A stretch of 64,000 nucleotides of DNA from Candidatus Hydrogenedentota bacterium (GTDB lineage Bacteria; Hydrogenedentota; Hydrogenedentia; Hydrogenedentales; SLHB01), in assembly GCA_963745075.1 (NCBI GenBank), contig CAVUWV010000010.1:160001-224000 (forward strand), in the 5' to 3' direction. A program made the position numbers and the translations under genes. The notes beneath the pieces were generated by a model that did no database searches, was not told the origin of the DNA, and saw only the letters and a program-made list of their open reading frames with translations. Shown here piece after piece: positions 42,200 through 53,164 of this stretch; the stretch's first letter is position 1, and each line of letters starts with the position of its first letter.

Positions 42200-42542
42200 T
42201 TAGGCGGCCTCTCCGCCGCCGGATGGCTTCTTCGTCGAGTTCGACTTAGAATCGGTTTTCGTCTCGGACTTTCCTTCGGATTTGGACTCGGATTTGGATT
42301 CGGATTTGGTCGGATTTCGAGTCCGAACCGTTCGCTTCTTTGGTCTTTCCGTTGGAGCCGTTTTTGTAGTCGGTTTGGTAAAACCCCGAACCCTTAAAGA
42401 TGATACCGGCCCCCGTCCCGATCAGTCGCTTCATGCGCTTGCTGCCGCAGCTTTCACAGGAGATCTTGGGCGTCGCGGACATGCTGTGAAAGACGTCCGT
42501 TATCGTCTCACATTTCTGACACTGATACGAATACGTTGGCAT
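42200..42542 (-). CDS. FmdB family zinc-ribbon protein with Ser/Lys-rich tail (1-nt shift in the 12-bp repeat near 42310)
   Basis: MPTYSYQCQKC...CESCGS...GIIFKGSGFYQTDY. Restoring the frame gives SKSE repeats ending GGGEAA* at 42200. Confidence 0.85.
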
Positions 42543-43125
42543 CGTTGGAACCACTCCCTGATTACACAAGGGTTATGCACGGTCCGCGCCGAGGGTGAAC
42601 CTTCCACCCGAAGGAACACGCACGGACCGTCCAGCCGGTTCGACTGGGCCGGCACAGCGTCTTACCGGATATCCAAACACCGGAATCATGCCGGATTCAT
42701 CCCCGCACCGCCGGTGCAAAGGTGGGCCGGGTCCAAGGCCCGTGAACGCAAAAGCCGTTCGCGCCTTGAAAAGGGGGTAATTTAGCAGGTTTCCCGTTGA
42801 AAATCAAAGCGATAGCGACGGCTGGCGCCTAAACCGAGGCGGAGGGGCCGAACTGATCCGACCGATCGCGTCTGATCGGTCCATAGCGTCTATCGTGTCC
42901 AACGCGTCCATTTTCCTCCCTCGGCCATCCGCCGCCGGGATTTCCCGGGATCTCCGCAACTCCCCTGCGGAACGATTTCTCGCCGTTTCGGGATACAGAC
43001 TATAGATGCGTAAGATGCTGATAAATGAAAGTTTATCGCTTTAATTAGATTTTTTAGAACGGATATTCACTTGACAAATACTGCGAGTCGGATTCAAGAT
43101 CAACCGATAAGCCAGGGAGTAGCGC

Positions 43126-43762
43126 GTGGATTCGTTGACCAACCTCAGTCAGACACCCGAGACGACCATTAACGGGGCCGTAGCCATCGCGATTGCAGTG
43201 GGAACCCTCTACTGCTTTCTGGGTTACCGGACGTTGAAACTGGTCATCGGACTTACCGGTTTCATCATCGCCGGCGCCGTGGCGGGCGCGCTTGGCCGCA
43301 TGGCTGGTGCCGGACAGCCCAATCGTCGTCGCGGTGGCCGCGTTGATTGGCGGATTCTGCGGCGCGATGGCCCTGTTTTTCCTCTACAAGTTCGGAGTGT
43401 TTCTCGTGGGACTGCTCGGCGCTGCCCTCGTGGCGTACGCCGTGCTCGCCGACTCCACCAACCCGTACGCGCTCTGGATCGTCCTGGGCTGTGGGCTGTG
43501 CGGCGGGCTGATCGCCGTCGCCCTCGAACGGGGCATCATGGTCCTCGCCACCGCCGCCCTCGGCGCATGGATGGTCGTCTGCGGAATCGGGTTCTTCCTC
43601 ATCGGGCCGTCCTTCCTCGACATCCTCCAAGAACCCATCGAGCTGGGAAAAGACCGGCAAGTCCTCATCACCTGCTGGGCCATCCTCGCCGTCTCCGGCG
43701 CCGTCGCCCAATTCGCCACCACCCGCGCCAGACCCCGGGAAGTCGTCGTCACGCGCGCGTGA
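43126..43762 (+). CDS. DUF4203 (TMEM198-like) membrane protein (frameshift near 43293)
   Basis: GTLYCFLGYR...GF in frame 1; ATAALGA and multiple TM helices in frame 2. Confidence 0.7.
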
Positions 43763-43851
43763 AGGGGGAGAAGAGGGCCCAAAGCAGAGTTTAAGTAACA
43801 CGGTCTGATGGTTTACCAACCTAAGTGACCATGTAAAATCCAAGGAACGAG

Positions 43852-43988
43852 CGCCACTGGGAGCGCCAGGCTCCAGCCTGGCGAAGTCTCGGAGCGAGTC
43901 CATCAAAGCTGTGCAATCGCAGTCGATACATCGCAGCTACCATACACTCCGGCCCCCGCCACGCTGGAGCATGGCGCTCCCAGTGGCG
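43852..43988. repeat. REP-like inverted pair (32-bp arms)
   Basis: CGCCACTGGGAGCGCCAGGCTCCAGCCTGGCG at 43852-43883; reverse complement at 43957-43988 with 2 mismatches. Confidence 0.85.
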
Positions 43989-44078
43989 ACCAATACCTTC
44001 CAGCGGGCAATGATCGTGTTGTTCAATCCCGTTCAGGTACGTGACGGTGCACTTGCGGGATCATTCAAGGCGTTGCCT

Positions 44079-45751
44079 TCATCGTGCACTCGTCTCACCG
44101 CTCCGCTGCATCTCGACTAGCTCGTCCAGTTGCCGCTGCAACAATTCATCGTCGGGATCACGCTCGAGGGCTTGGCGCTGCCACGAGATGGCCTCGTCGA
44201 TCTTGCCCATGGTCTGGGCCCAGCAGGCGGAAACGTAGTATACGAGCCAGTCGTCGGGAGAGAGGGCGCGGGCCCGCTCCAATACCAAGCGGGATTCCTC
44301 GTACTTGCCGCCCCACATGAAGGCTTGGGCGACCGTCAGCAAGGCGTGCCCGTGAGCGACCGTGTCGATAGCGCCTTCGACCTCGGACTGTATCCGCTTC
44401 TCGGCGTCCGGTCCCCACGATCGTCTGCGGGGTGCGCGATGCCGTCTTCGAATCAACGTATCCAGGATCGACAAAGCCAGCCGCCGGTTGCCGTCGATGG
44501 TGGGATGAACGTGGTCGAGAAACCAGTCATTGCCCGGCGTGCCGTGCTCGCTCTATTCGTCCAACTCGTGCACGAAGTCAATCAACTGCACGTCATCGTT
44601 TTCGGCAACGCTTCGTACGGCATCAATCAACGGTCCGGTCGCGCGAAGGGGACAGATGTCTTCGTCGCGGGCGCGTTCAAAGGTGCGCCGGGCCTCGCCG
44701 TAGTCCGCCAAGTGCCACAGCGCCTCCCCGCGCAGATAATAGCGTCTCCGCCCAGCGATCGTCGAGCGCGAGATCGTTTTCAATCTCTGCGAGCGCGTCC
44801 GTGTATTGTCCCTGCGCAAGGTCAGCTTTTGCCGCGTCGAGGGAAGCTTGCCACACCGTTCACTTCCTCCGGCGTGAGGCCTTTCCGATGCTCACTCTTA
44901 AATGGCGAACAGTCGCGTAAGATTCGACGCGGGCGTCACGAAGATGATGTCGGCCCCGGCTTCGCGGGCCAGCCGCACCATCCGGTTCAGGTTGAACTCG
45001 AAATGACGTGCCACCATCGATCGCTGTAGGTGTCGTCGCGATGATAGGCCGTCGGCCCGACGGAATTGTCCAGAATCGTGTCGACCTCCGCGGGAAGGAG
45101 CGGGCCCGACGCGTGCGCCGGAGAGGAGTTGACGAACCGTTCGATGACCGTGTAAACGCGCGAGTGGGCGAGGGCGGAGTCGACGCGCCGGGTGATGGTC
45201 GGCGTGTCCATGATCCCCTGGTACGTGCGCCGTTCCAGAAACTCGTTGTGGCCCGTGTATACGATGAACAGATTCGGTTGGTATTCGCACAGTTCTTCCA
45301 TCAGCAGGGCAAGACGATAACTCGCATAGCTGATGCCGCCGCAGTTCACGACTTCCCAGTGCCGGGTCGGGTCGGCTTCGGGAAGGGACGCCCTCAGCCA
45401 CCCGGCAAAGGACGTCCCATCGTCGTAGGGGTGCCCGTACGTGGTCGAGCCGCCCAGGCAAAAGATGCGGTAACCGTCTTTGGGCTTCTCCGCCAGGAAC
45501 TGTTGCGGATTGAAATACTTGAGCTTGTTTTTGGCAGTCTTTTTGACGGCGACGCCTTGGTCGTTGACGCCGTCGACGAAGAGGGGAAAATAGGAGGTGA
45601 ATCCGACGTAGGGGTCCTCATGGTCCGCCAGCGGCCTGACACCGGCCACCGCCAACCCCGCTTCCACGATGCCGTACGATACCGCGACGATCAGCACCGG
45701 CGTCAGTACGCCAAGCCAACGGGATTTGCGAGCGTTTGGGTCGCGGGACAC
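44079..45751 (-). CDS. SGNH/GDSL hydrolase-like protein with TPR repeats (several frameshifts)
   Basis: IFCLGGSTTYG, NCGGISYAS, YTGHNEF, and downstream DHVHP (DxxH) plus TPR-like helices spread over at least four frame segments. Confidence 0.7.
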
Positions 45752-45914
45752 GGTGATCTTCTACCTCACTGAGATCTGCGGTTGGCGGCAGTCGAGTGGC
45801 TTCATATGGTACGATGCGGGGTGTCCTGGGGCAAGTGAATCAACACCTGCCCGGCGATAGTCTAAAGTCTGGTCATTACTGCGTCCACATATACAATTTC
45901 AACGGAGTAAGTCA

Positions 45915-46743
45915 GTGAAAACGCGTACAAGTCTCCGAGTTCTCCCTATTCTAATAGTCGTATCCGGTTTCCTACCGCTCCAGGGCTGCATCACCCCGCA
46001 AGGTGGTGAACAACCGAACATCCTTTCCACCGAACAGGAAATCGCCCTGGGCGACAAAATGTCGGCAGCAGGTCGAGGAGAACGAAAAAATCCTCGACGA
46101 TCCGGTTATCCAGGAATACGTCAGTGAGATCGGCGCACGGATCGCCCGAATGTCTTCCCGTCAGGATGTGCCCTATAAGTTTACGGTTATCGACAATCCA
46201 AAAACCGTCAACGCGTTCGCCCTCCCCGGCGGTCACATGTATATTTACACCGGACTGATGAAGCTTTGCCAAAACGAGGCCCAACTCGCGTCCGTCATGG
46301 CCCACGAAATCGGCCACGTCGCCGGCCATCACCACGGCGAAAGCCTGACGCGGCAGTACGGATATAGTCTTTTGATCGGTGCGATTCTCGGGGACCATTC
46401 ATCCGAGGGCGCTGACGTGTTGGCGCAAATTCTCGGGACCGTTGGCGAGCTGCGCTTCAGTCGCGTACAGGAGAGCGAGGCGGATCGCATGGGGATGGAC
46501 ATGCTCTGGCGTGCGGGGTACAAACCCGATGCCATGATTACCTTCATGGAACACATGCTGCAATACGAGCAAGCGCAGGGCGGAGGGCAACCCGCGTTTA
46601 AGTTTCTGTCGTCCCACCCCGCGACGTCAGAACGGATTGCCGCTCTTCAGTCCCTCGTCCAACAATACCCTGCCGATCTCCGGGCGACGAGCCCCGTCTA
46701 CGCCGAACGCTACAAGGCGAACGTGCTCGATCGCCTGAAGTAG
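45915..46743 (+). CDS. M48 family metallopeptidase lipoprotein (frameshift near 46063)
   Basis: Lipobox LQGC; NAFALPGG, AHEIGH, ESEAD, SSHP. Confidence 0.85.
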
Positions 46744-46759
46744 TTTCGCGCATTAGCGC

Positions 46760-46905
46760 TTTGGAGTGCGGCCGCTTGCGGCTGCTTTCACTGAGTCGGC
46801 TTGCCGACGGCTTAGGGCGACTGTAGCTATCTGCAACCTTTCAAAAACGTCTCGGGATGAACTCGCCAGCCGAAGAGAAGCAGCTGCAAGCGGCCGCACT
46901 CCAAA
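46760..46905. repeat. REP-like inverted pair (28-bp arms)
   Basis: TTTGGAGTGCGGCCGCTTGCGGCTGCTT at 46760-46787; reverse complement at 46878-46905 with 1 mismatch. Confidence 0.85.
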
Positions 46906-46938
46906 AAAAGACCCCCGGTCGTTTGCCCGGGGGTCTCT
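46903..46938 (-). terminator. Rho-independent terminator downstream of ppdK
   Basis: GACCCCCGG-loop-CCGGGGGTC stem followed by a T run on the minus strand. Confidence 0.7.
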
Positions 46939-46960
46939 TAACGCATGATCAAGCGGCTGG

Positions 46961-49724
46961 TTACTTCTTCTTTTTCTTACCGCCGGACTTCTTGCCCTTC
47001 TTGTCTTCCTTACGCGGCGTTTCGATCGCGGCCTGCGCGGCAGAGAAACGCGCGATGGGTACGCGGAACGGGCTGCAACTCACGTAGTTCAGACCGACCC
47101 GGTGGCAGAACTTCACCGAACTGGGTTCGCCGCCGTGCTCGCCGCAGATACCGACCTTCAAGGTCGGGCGGGCCGACCGGCCGCGCTCGACGCCCATGGC
47201 GACCAACTGGCCGATGCCTTCCTGGTCCAAGGCCTGGAACGGATCCTGGGGCAGAATGCCTTCTTCGAGGTAGGAGGGCAGGAACCCGCCGACGTCGTCG
47301 CGCGAATACCCGAAGCCCATCTGGGTCAGGTCGTTCGTGCCGAAGCTGAAGAACTCGGCTGTTCTCGGCGATCTTGTCCGCGATCAAGCAGGCGCGCGGG
47401 ATCTCGATCATCGTGCCGACGAGGTAGCTCAGCTTGATCTTGTATTCCTTCTGAACCTGTTCGGCCACGTTGCGCACGATGGCTTCCTGGTTCTTGAACT
47501 CGTTCTCGTGACCCACGAGCGGGATCATGATCTCCGGGAAGACCTTGACCTTCTTCTTGGTCAATTCGGCCGCGGCTTCCAGGATGGCCCGCGCCTGCAT
47601 CTCGGTAATCTCGGGATAGGCCACGCCCAAGCGGCAACCACGATGCCCGAGCATCGGGTTCAGCTCGTGCAACTGATGGATGCGTTCCTTGATCTTCTGG
47701 GCCGGCACCTTGATCTGCTTCGACAACTCGTCGATCTGATTGTCCGTCAGCGTGACGAACTCGTGCAACGGCGGATCCAGCAGGCGAATCGTGACCGGTT
47801 TGCCGGCCATCACCTTGAGGATGCCGATGAAGTCTTTCTTCTGATAGGGAAGCAGCTTCATGACCGCCTTGCGCCGGACTTCCTCGTTCTCCGCCAGAAT
47901 CATTTCGCGCATGTGTACGATGCGCTCCGGCTCGAAGAACATGTGCTCCGTGCGAGCCAGACCGATACCTTCGGCGCCGAACTTGATCGCCTGTTGCGCG
48001 TCTTCCGGTCGCTCGGCGTTGGTGCGCACGTTGATCTGCCGCACCTGGTCGGCCCAAGTCATCAGCTTGTTGTACCACTTGTTCTTATCCGGCTGCGCGG
48101 GAAGAACGCCGACTTGGCCAACATAGACCTTGCCGGCCGTTCCGTTCAGGCTGATCCAGTCGCCTTCCTTGAGCTTGGTCGAACCAGCGCTAACCGTCTT
48201 GTCTTTGTAGTTGATGTTCAGCGCGCCGCACCCGACGATGCAGCACTTGCCCCAACCGCGCGCGACCAGCGCCGCGTGGCTGGTCATGCCGCCCTTGGCC
48301 GTCAGAATGGCCTGGGCCACGTGCATGCCGTGAACGTCTTCCGGAGATGTTTCGTTGCGGACCAGCACCACCTTCTTGCCCTGCTTGGACCAGGCTTCCG
48401 CTGTGTCCGCGCTCAACGCGATCTGTCCGACGCCGCCGCCGGGACCCGCCGGAAGACCGCTGGCCAGCAGGTTGGCCTTTCGTCTCGGCGGCCGGATCGA
48501 GCATGGGGTGGAGCAGTTCGTCCAATTGCTCCGGCTTCACCCGCATGATGGCCGTCTTCTTGTCGATCAGCTTGCTTTCCGCCATCTCCACGGCCATGCG
48601 AATCGCCGCCGCGCCCGTGCGTTTGCCGGTACGGGTCTGCAGCATCCAAAGTTCACCGTCTTCGATGGTGAACTCGATGTCCTGCATGTCCGTGTAGTGC
48701 TTCTCGAGCTTGGTTGCGGATCTTGTCGAGTTGCTTGTACGCTTTCGGGTTCACAACTTCGAGCGGCTTTTGGCTTTTCGACTCCGCTCGCATCGTGGCC
48801 TTGTTCAACGGAGACGGCGTGCGGGTGCCGGCGACCACGTCTTCGCCCTGGGCGTTGACCAGCCACTCGCCGTAGAACTTGTTGTCGCCCGTGGCCGGGT
48901 TGCGCGTGAAGGCCACGCCCGTGGCGGACGTATCGCCCATGTTGCCGAACACCATGGCCTGGACGTTGACGGCCGTGCCCCAATCGTGGGGGATGCCTTC
49001 GATGCGGCGGTAGGAAATGGCGCGCTTGCCGTTCCAGGACTGGAACACCGCCTTGATGCCGCCCCAGAGCTGGGCCTCCGCGTCGTCGGGAAACTCTTTG
49101 CCCAGCGTCTTCTTCACCGTCTTCTTGAACTCCTCGCAGAGTTCCTTCAGATCGTCCGCCGTCAAATCGGGATCCAACTCGACGCCGCGCTTTTTCTTCA
49201 TGGCTTCCAGCGCGTGCTCAAGCTGTTCGCGTACGGAATGCCCCTCTTTCGTTTCGACGCCCGCGGCCTTTTCCATCACCACGTCGGCATACATCGTGAT
49301 CAGGCGGCGGTAGGCGTCATAGGCGAAACGCTCGTCGCCGCTCTTCGCGATCAGCCCCGGAAGCGTCTTCGAGCAGAGGCCGATATTCAGCACCGTCTCC
49401 ATCATGCCCGGCATGGACATGCGCGCGCCCGACCGCACCGACATGAGCAGCGGGTTCTTCGCGTCGCCGAACTTCTTGCCCATGACCTTCTCGACCCGGG
49501 CCAGAGCCTTTTCCACTTCCTTGGTGAGTTCCTTCGGGAAGCCTGCCCTTGTTCGTGTAGTACTCGGTGCACATCTCCGTGGTGATGGTGAAACCGGCCG
49601 GTACCGGGATGCCGAGGCTCGACATTTCCGCAAGGTTGGCGCCCTTGCCGCCGAGCAATTCCTTCATGTTGGCGCGCCCCTCGGCTTTGCCTCCACCGAA
49701 GAAATAGACATTCTTTTTAGCCAT
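46961..49724 (-). CDS. ppdK: Pyruvate, phosphate dikinase (about four frameshifts: ~49545, ~48712, ~48478, ~47360)
   Basis: [34 protein letters not shown] (phospho-His), [14 protein letters not shown] all present across frames. Confidence 0.93.
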
Positions 49725-50129
49725 AGCTGATATTCTCCTTCCGTGCTGTTCCCTTATGCACGATACCCCGGCGAACGCGGGGGAAACGGTTTCGGTGTGC
49801 AGTTTTCGTTCAACTGAACCCCCAAGCATAAAATCGCCGGATTATAGCGCACCGTCTTCGCACGTTGCAAAGTGCCCATCGCGATCGGGCACGGAAAACG
49901 CGACTTTTCGCGCGATGGCCGCATCACGCAGGGCGCGCGGGTCCATAATCTCGCCGGCATCCCGTCGTCAACGCATTCTGGAATACTCGAGATCGTCGCG
50001 TTGACACGAACATTCCGAGTGGTGTATCGGCAGGCGAAGAACGGGAAAAAGGTGTAATACGTAACTCCACAATGACACGTTTGGCGAGTTGACTCAACCC
50101 GGGATCGTGGTATGTAATGGGTGGCCGTG

Positions 50130-50271
50130 GTGACAAAATTTGTCGCTGCCGGAACGTTTCTGTCGTTGGTTTGCGTGCTTGAACGCTGCGGGGAATTGTG
50201 GGGTTTTCGTTGTATTGCATTGAATCGATTGGGATTATGACCGCCGGGGTGGGAATGGCATAACTCCTGCT
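50130..50271 (+). promoter_or_regulatory. sigma54 promoter with upstream palindrome (candidate enhancer site) for the pilin gene
   Basis: TGGCATAACTCCTGCT (50256-50271, GG-N10-GC); GTGACAAAATTTGTCGC imperfect palindrome at 50130-50146. Confidence 0.55.
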
Positions 50272-50334
50272 CCAATTTCCTTTGCGCGAACGGCGCTGGG
50301 TCGAGAGCAGTTTGAATTAACCGGGAGTCGCGCT

Positions 50335-50820
50335 ATGAAACGATCGCACGGGTTTACGATGGTTGAGATGATGATCGTCATGGAGATTATCATCATATTG
50401 ACGGCGATCGCATATCCCCAACTGCGCCGCGCGATGATCAGTGCGCGCGAAGGGAGCGCGGTCGGTTCTATGAAGATACTCGTCACAGCCCAGGCCGGCT
50501 ACAAAGAAGCCGCATTCGCCGACGTGGACGGAAACGGGGAGGGCGATTATGGCTCTCTCGTGCAGTTGGCCGATCCCGATGGCTCCGGGACATCGCAAGG
50601 CTTCATCGACCAACAACTCGCGACCGGCGTCAAATCCGGCTACATCTTCACCATCGCGGTGACCAACGGCGCCGGCGGAACCCCGCCCTCGTACACCATC
50701 ACCGGGATACCCACCATCCCCGGCCAGTCCGCGTACAAAATGTACTACGCCGACGATACCGGCGTGATCCGCGTATCCGCAGACGGCAATCCCGTCGGGC
50801 CAACTTCGACGCCGTTGTAG
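50335..50820 (+). CDS. Type IV pilin-like protein
   Basis: Short leader MKRSHG|FTMVEMMIV...AIAYPQL with Glu5 and Pro22; C-terminal KSGYIFT...YADDTGVIR. Confidence 0.85.
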   Translation: MKRSHGFTMVEMMIVMEIIIILTAIAYPQLRRAMISAREGSAVGSMKILVTAQAGYKEAAFADVDGNGEGDYGSLVQLADPDGSGTSQGFIDQQLATGVKSGYIFTIAVTNGAGGTPPSYTITGIPTIPGQSAYKMYYADDTGVIRVSADGNPVGPTSTPL

Positions 50821-51088
50821 ACCATTGTGGTGTGGGCCTCCAGCTCGCTCACGATGGAAGCGAAGTCCGGCATTACGACGGTCGAGGTTGTCGACCCCCA
50901 TCCGATTTCGCCGTTGTCTTATCATGTGCGCTACACCGCTGGGCGATCCTATCAGTTTGAGCCTTCATCTCCGCCTACGCTACACTACGACGCGCACCTG
51001 CACCGGCATCGTGGGAACCAGAAGATCCGATCCCACGATCCCGCATCCCCAAGGACACGCGGGGGCGATACCTTGAATCCACCATCCC

Positions 51089-51165
51089 GCGCCTGTAGCT
51101 CAGTTGGATAGAGCAACGGCCTTCTAAGCCGTAGGTCGAGCGTTCGAATCGCTCCAGGCGCGCCA
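51089..51165 (+). tRNA. tRNA-Arg (anticodon TCT)
   Basis: Acceptor stem GCGCCTG/CAGGCGC; anticodon arm ACGGC-CTTCTAA-GCCGT; T arm GAGCG-TTCGAAT-CGCTC; encoded CCA. Confidence 0.97.
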
Positions 51166-51368
51166 TTTCTTCTCCGCGCGGTCTTTCAGAATTGGTCGTC
51201 GGGCACCCCTACCGCGTGAGTCGCCGCCGGGCGGTCACCGCCATTTGTTCCTTCTTATTGGCAAGCGCAGAATACTTCGGGTAGCATTGCGGTGAAGCTG
51301 CGCGGGAAGTGATGCTTGCGTCTTTGCTATTTGCCCGGCCCCGGGCACAATTAAGTTGGGGGAACACG

Positions 51369-52508
51369 ATGACGTCGCGCGAGCGGTTGATGGCGATGTT
51401 GCAGGGACGGCCCGTAGACCGGCCGGGGGTCAACTTCTACGAAATCGGCGGGTTCCGGATCGACCCGGACGATCCCGATCCGTTTAATGTGTACAACCAC
51501 CCCTCCTGGCGGCCCTTGCTGGACCTCGCAGAAGCGGAAACCGACCTGATCCGCATGCGACCCGTGCGGTGTCCGCGCGACGCGAACCATCCGTGGCACG
51601 AGTTCTTCACGCGCGAGGTTCACTTCGCGGCGGAATCCCGGTTCACGCGAACGACGTTGCGTATTGCCGGACGCACCATGACGCAACTCGAACGGCGGGA
51701 TAAAGGTCTCGACACGACATGGACCGTCGAGCACCTGCTGAACGACGTGGACGACCTCGAAGCCTTTCTCGAATTGCCGGATGACGTGTTCGCGGGTGAT
51801 CCCGATTGCAGCGCAATCCCGCAAGCCGATGCTGAAGTCGGCGACCGCGGCATCGTCATGGTGGATACGGAAGATCCCATCTGCACGGCGGCCATGCTCT
51901 TTCCCATGGACACCTACCTGCTCATCGCGTTCTCGGAGAATACGTTGTTCCATAGGCTCCTCGATAAGCTTGCCGAACCCTTGCATCGACGCACTGAGAC
52001 GGTCGCCCGAGACGTCCCCGGACATTTGTGGCGAATCTACGGGCCCGAATACGCAACCGAACCCTACCTGCCGCCGCCGCTGTTCGACGAGTACGTCGTG
52101 CGATACACGAAGCCCATGGTGGACGCTATCAAGAAGCACGGCGGGTACGCCCGGATACACTCCCACGGCCGGATAAGGTCCAGTCTACCATCTATCGTCG
52201 CGATGGGCGCCGACGCCACCGACCCGATCGAACCGCCGCCTCAGGGGGATGTCTACCTCACCGACGTGCGCCGCGAGTTCGGAAGCGACCTGGCCCTCTT
52301 CGGCAACATCGAGGTCAGCGACATCGAGAATCTTGAACCCGCCGAATTCGAGCAAGTCGCCGCCAAGGCGTTGCGCGACGGGGCCAACGGGGACGGACGG
52401 GGCTTCGTCCTTATGCCGACTTCGTGTCCGTATGGCCGTGAGATTTCCGACCGCACGCGGGCCAACTATGAAACGCTGGTGCGCTTGACAAAGGAATGGT
52501 GCGGCTGA
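51369..52508 (+). CDS. Uroporphyrinogen decarboxylase (URO-D/MtaA-like) family protein
   Basis: MTSRER...VDR start; IHSHG, DPIEPPPQGD, LFGNIE, GFVLMPTS. Confidence 0.8.
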   Translation: MTSRERLMAMLQGRPVDRPGVNFYEIGGFRIDPDDPDPFNVYNHPSWRPLLDLAEAETDLIRMRPVRCPRDANHPWHEFFTREVHFAAESRFTRTTLRIAGRTMTQLERRDKGLDTTWTVEHLLNDVDDLEAFLELPDDVFAGDPDCSAIPQADAEVGDRGIVMVDTEDPICTAAMLFPMDTYLLIAFSENTLFHRLLDKLAEPLHRRTETVARDVPGHLWRIYGPEYATEPYLPPPLFDEYVVRYTKPMVDAIKKHGGYARIHSHGRIRSSLPSIVAMGADATDPIEPPPQGDVYLTDVRREFGSDLALFGNIEVSDIENLEPAEFEQVAAKALRDGANGDGRGFVLMPTSCPYGREISDRTRANYETLVRLTKEWCG

Positions 52509-52570
52509 GTAACTGAGCAACAATGCACGTGCGACTCAATACCGCACCATCCCGAATTCATCGGTGAGGG

Positions 52571-52672
52571 TTAAGCGAATCCGAGGATCGTGGCCAATGC
52601 CGTGAGGAATTCCTCGGGGCTAAGACCGAAGATTGCCGTAATCAGACCGAGGAGAATCAATAGAACTTCCAT
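52571..52672 (-). CDS. 33-aa hydrophobic small protein (absent from the ORF track)
   Basis: AAGGAG RBS 8 nt upstream; MEVLLILLGLITAIFGLSPEEFLTALATILGFA*. Confidence 0.6.
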   Translation of the reverse strand: MEVLLILLGLITAIFGLSPEEFLTALATILGFA

Positions 52673-52803
52673 GACTCAGCTCCTTCTCTTGGTTGTCTCT
52701 TTTCTCTTTATCGAACATACCCCGTCCCTACACTTATTTCTGACGCGATGTGGAGGATATTATTTAGAACTTCTCACAAAAACTCATCTCGATTCCGACC
52801 GTT

Positions 52804-52867
52804 GTGGTGCGGGCATCCCTGCCTGCCGACGCCATCGGTCCAAGAGCAGCCAGGATGGCCGCACCAC
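52804..52867. repeat. REP-like inverted pair (about 22-bp arms)
   Basis: GTGGTGCGGGCATCCCTGCCTGC ... GCAGCCAGGATGGCCGCACCAC. Confidence 0.75.
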
Positions 52868-53164
52868 GATTTGACCACATAGTTTTGTGACGTTCTTATA
52901 TGCGAGGATTGCCCATGCGCGTCTTCGAACTGCGTTGCCGGGGCACACGCAAAGCGCGGGTAGAGATAATTCCTTGCCGGATCGTTGAAACGTTCGTGGT
53001 TTTCATAGTTCACCGGCGGCGCCCGATGACCAACTGGTACCGAACATGATTGGTTATGCATCTTTTCCGGGCGATTCGGTATACATAGCGGGTAGGGGAT
53101 GATTCTGCGTTTTCCCTAACCCGAAGATGGGACTTGTTGGCTAGCCGATGGTGGGGGGTACACG

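Noticed and set aside
46961..49724. Programmed frameshifting or true pseudogenisation of ppdK
   Set aside because: Multiple scattered indels with intact catalytic motifs inside an error-dense zone; sequencing error is more parsimonious.
52930..52985. CACGCAAAGC as part of a c-di-GMP-I riboswitch
   Set aside because: The upstream GGCAAA and GNRA-capped stem are absent.
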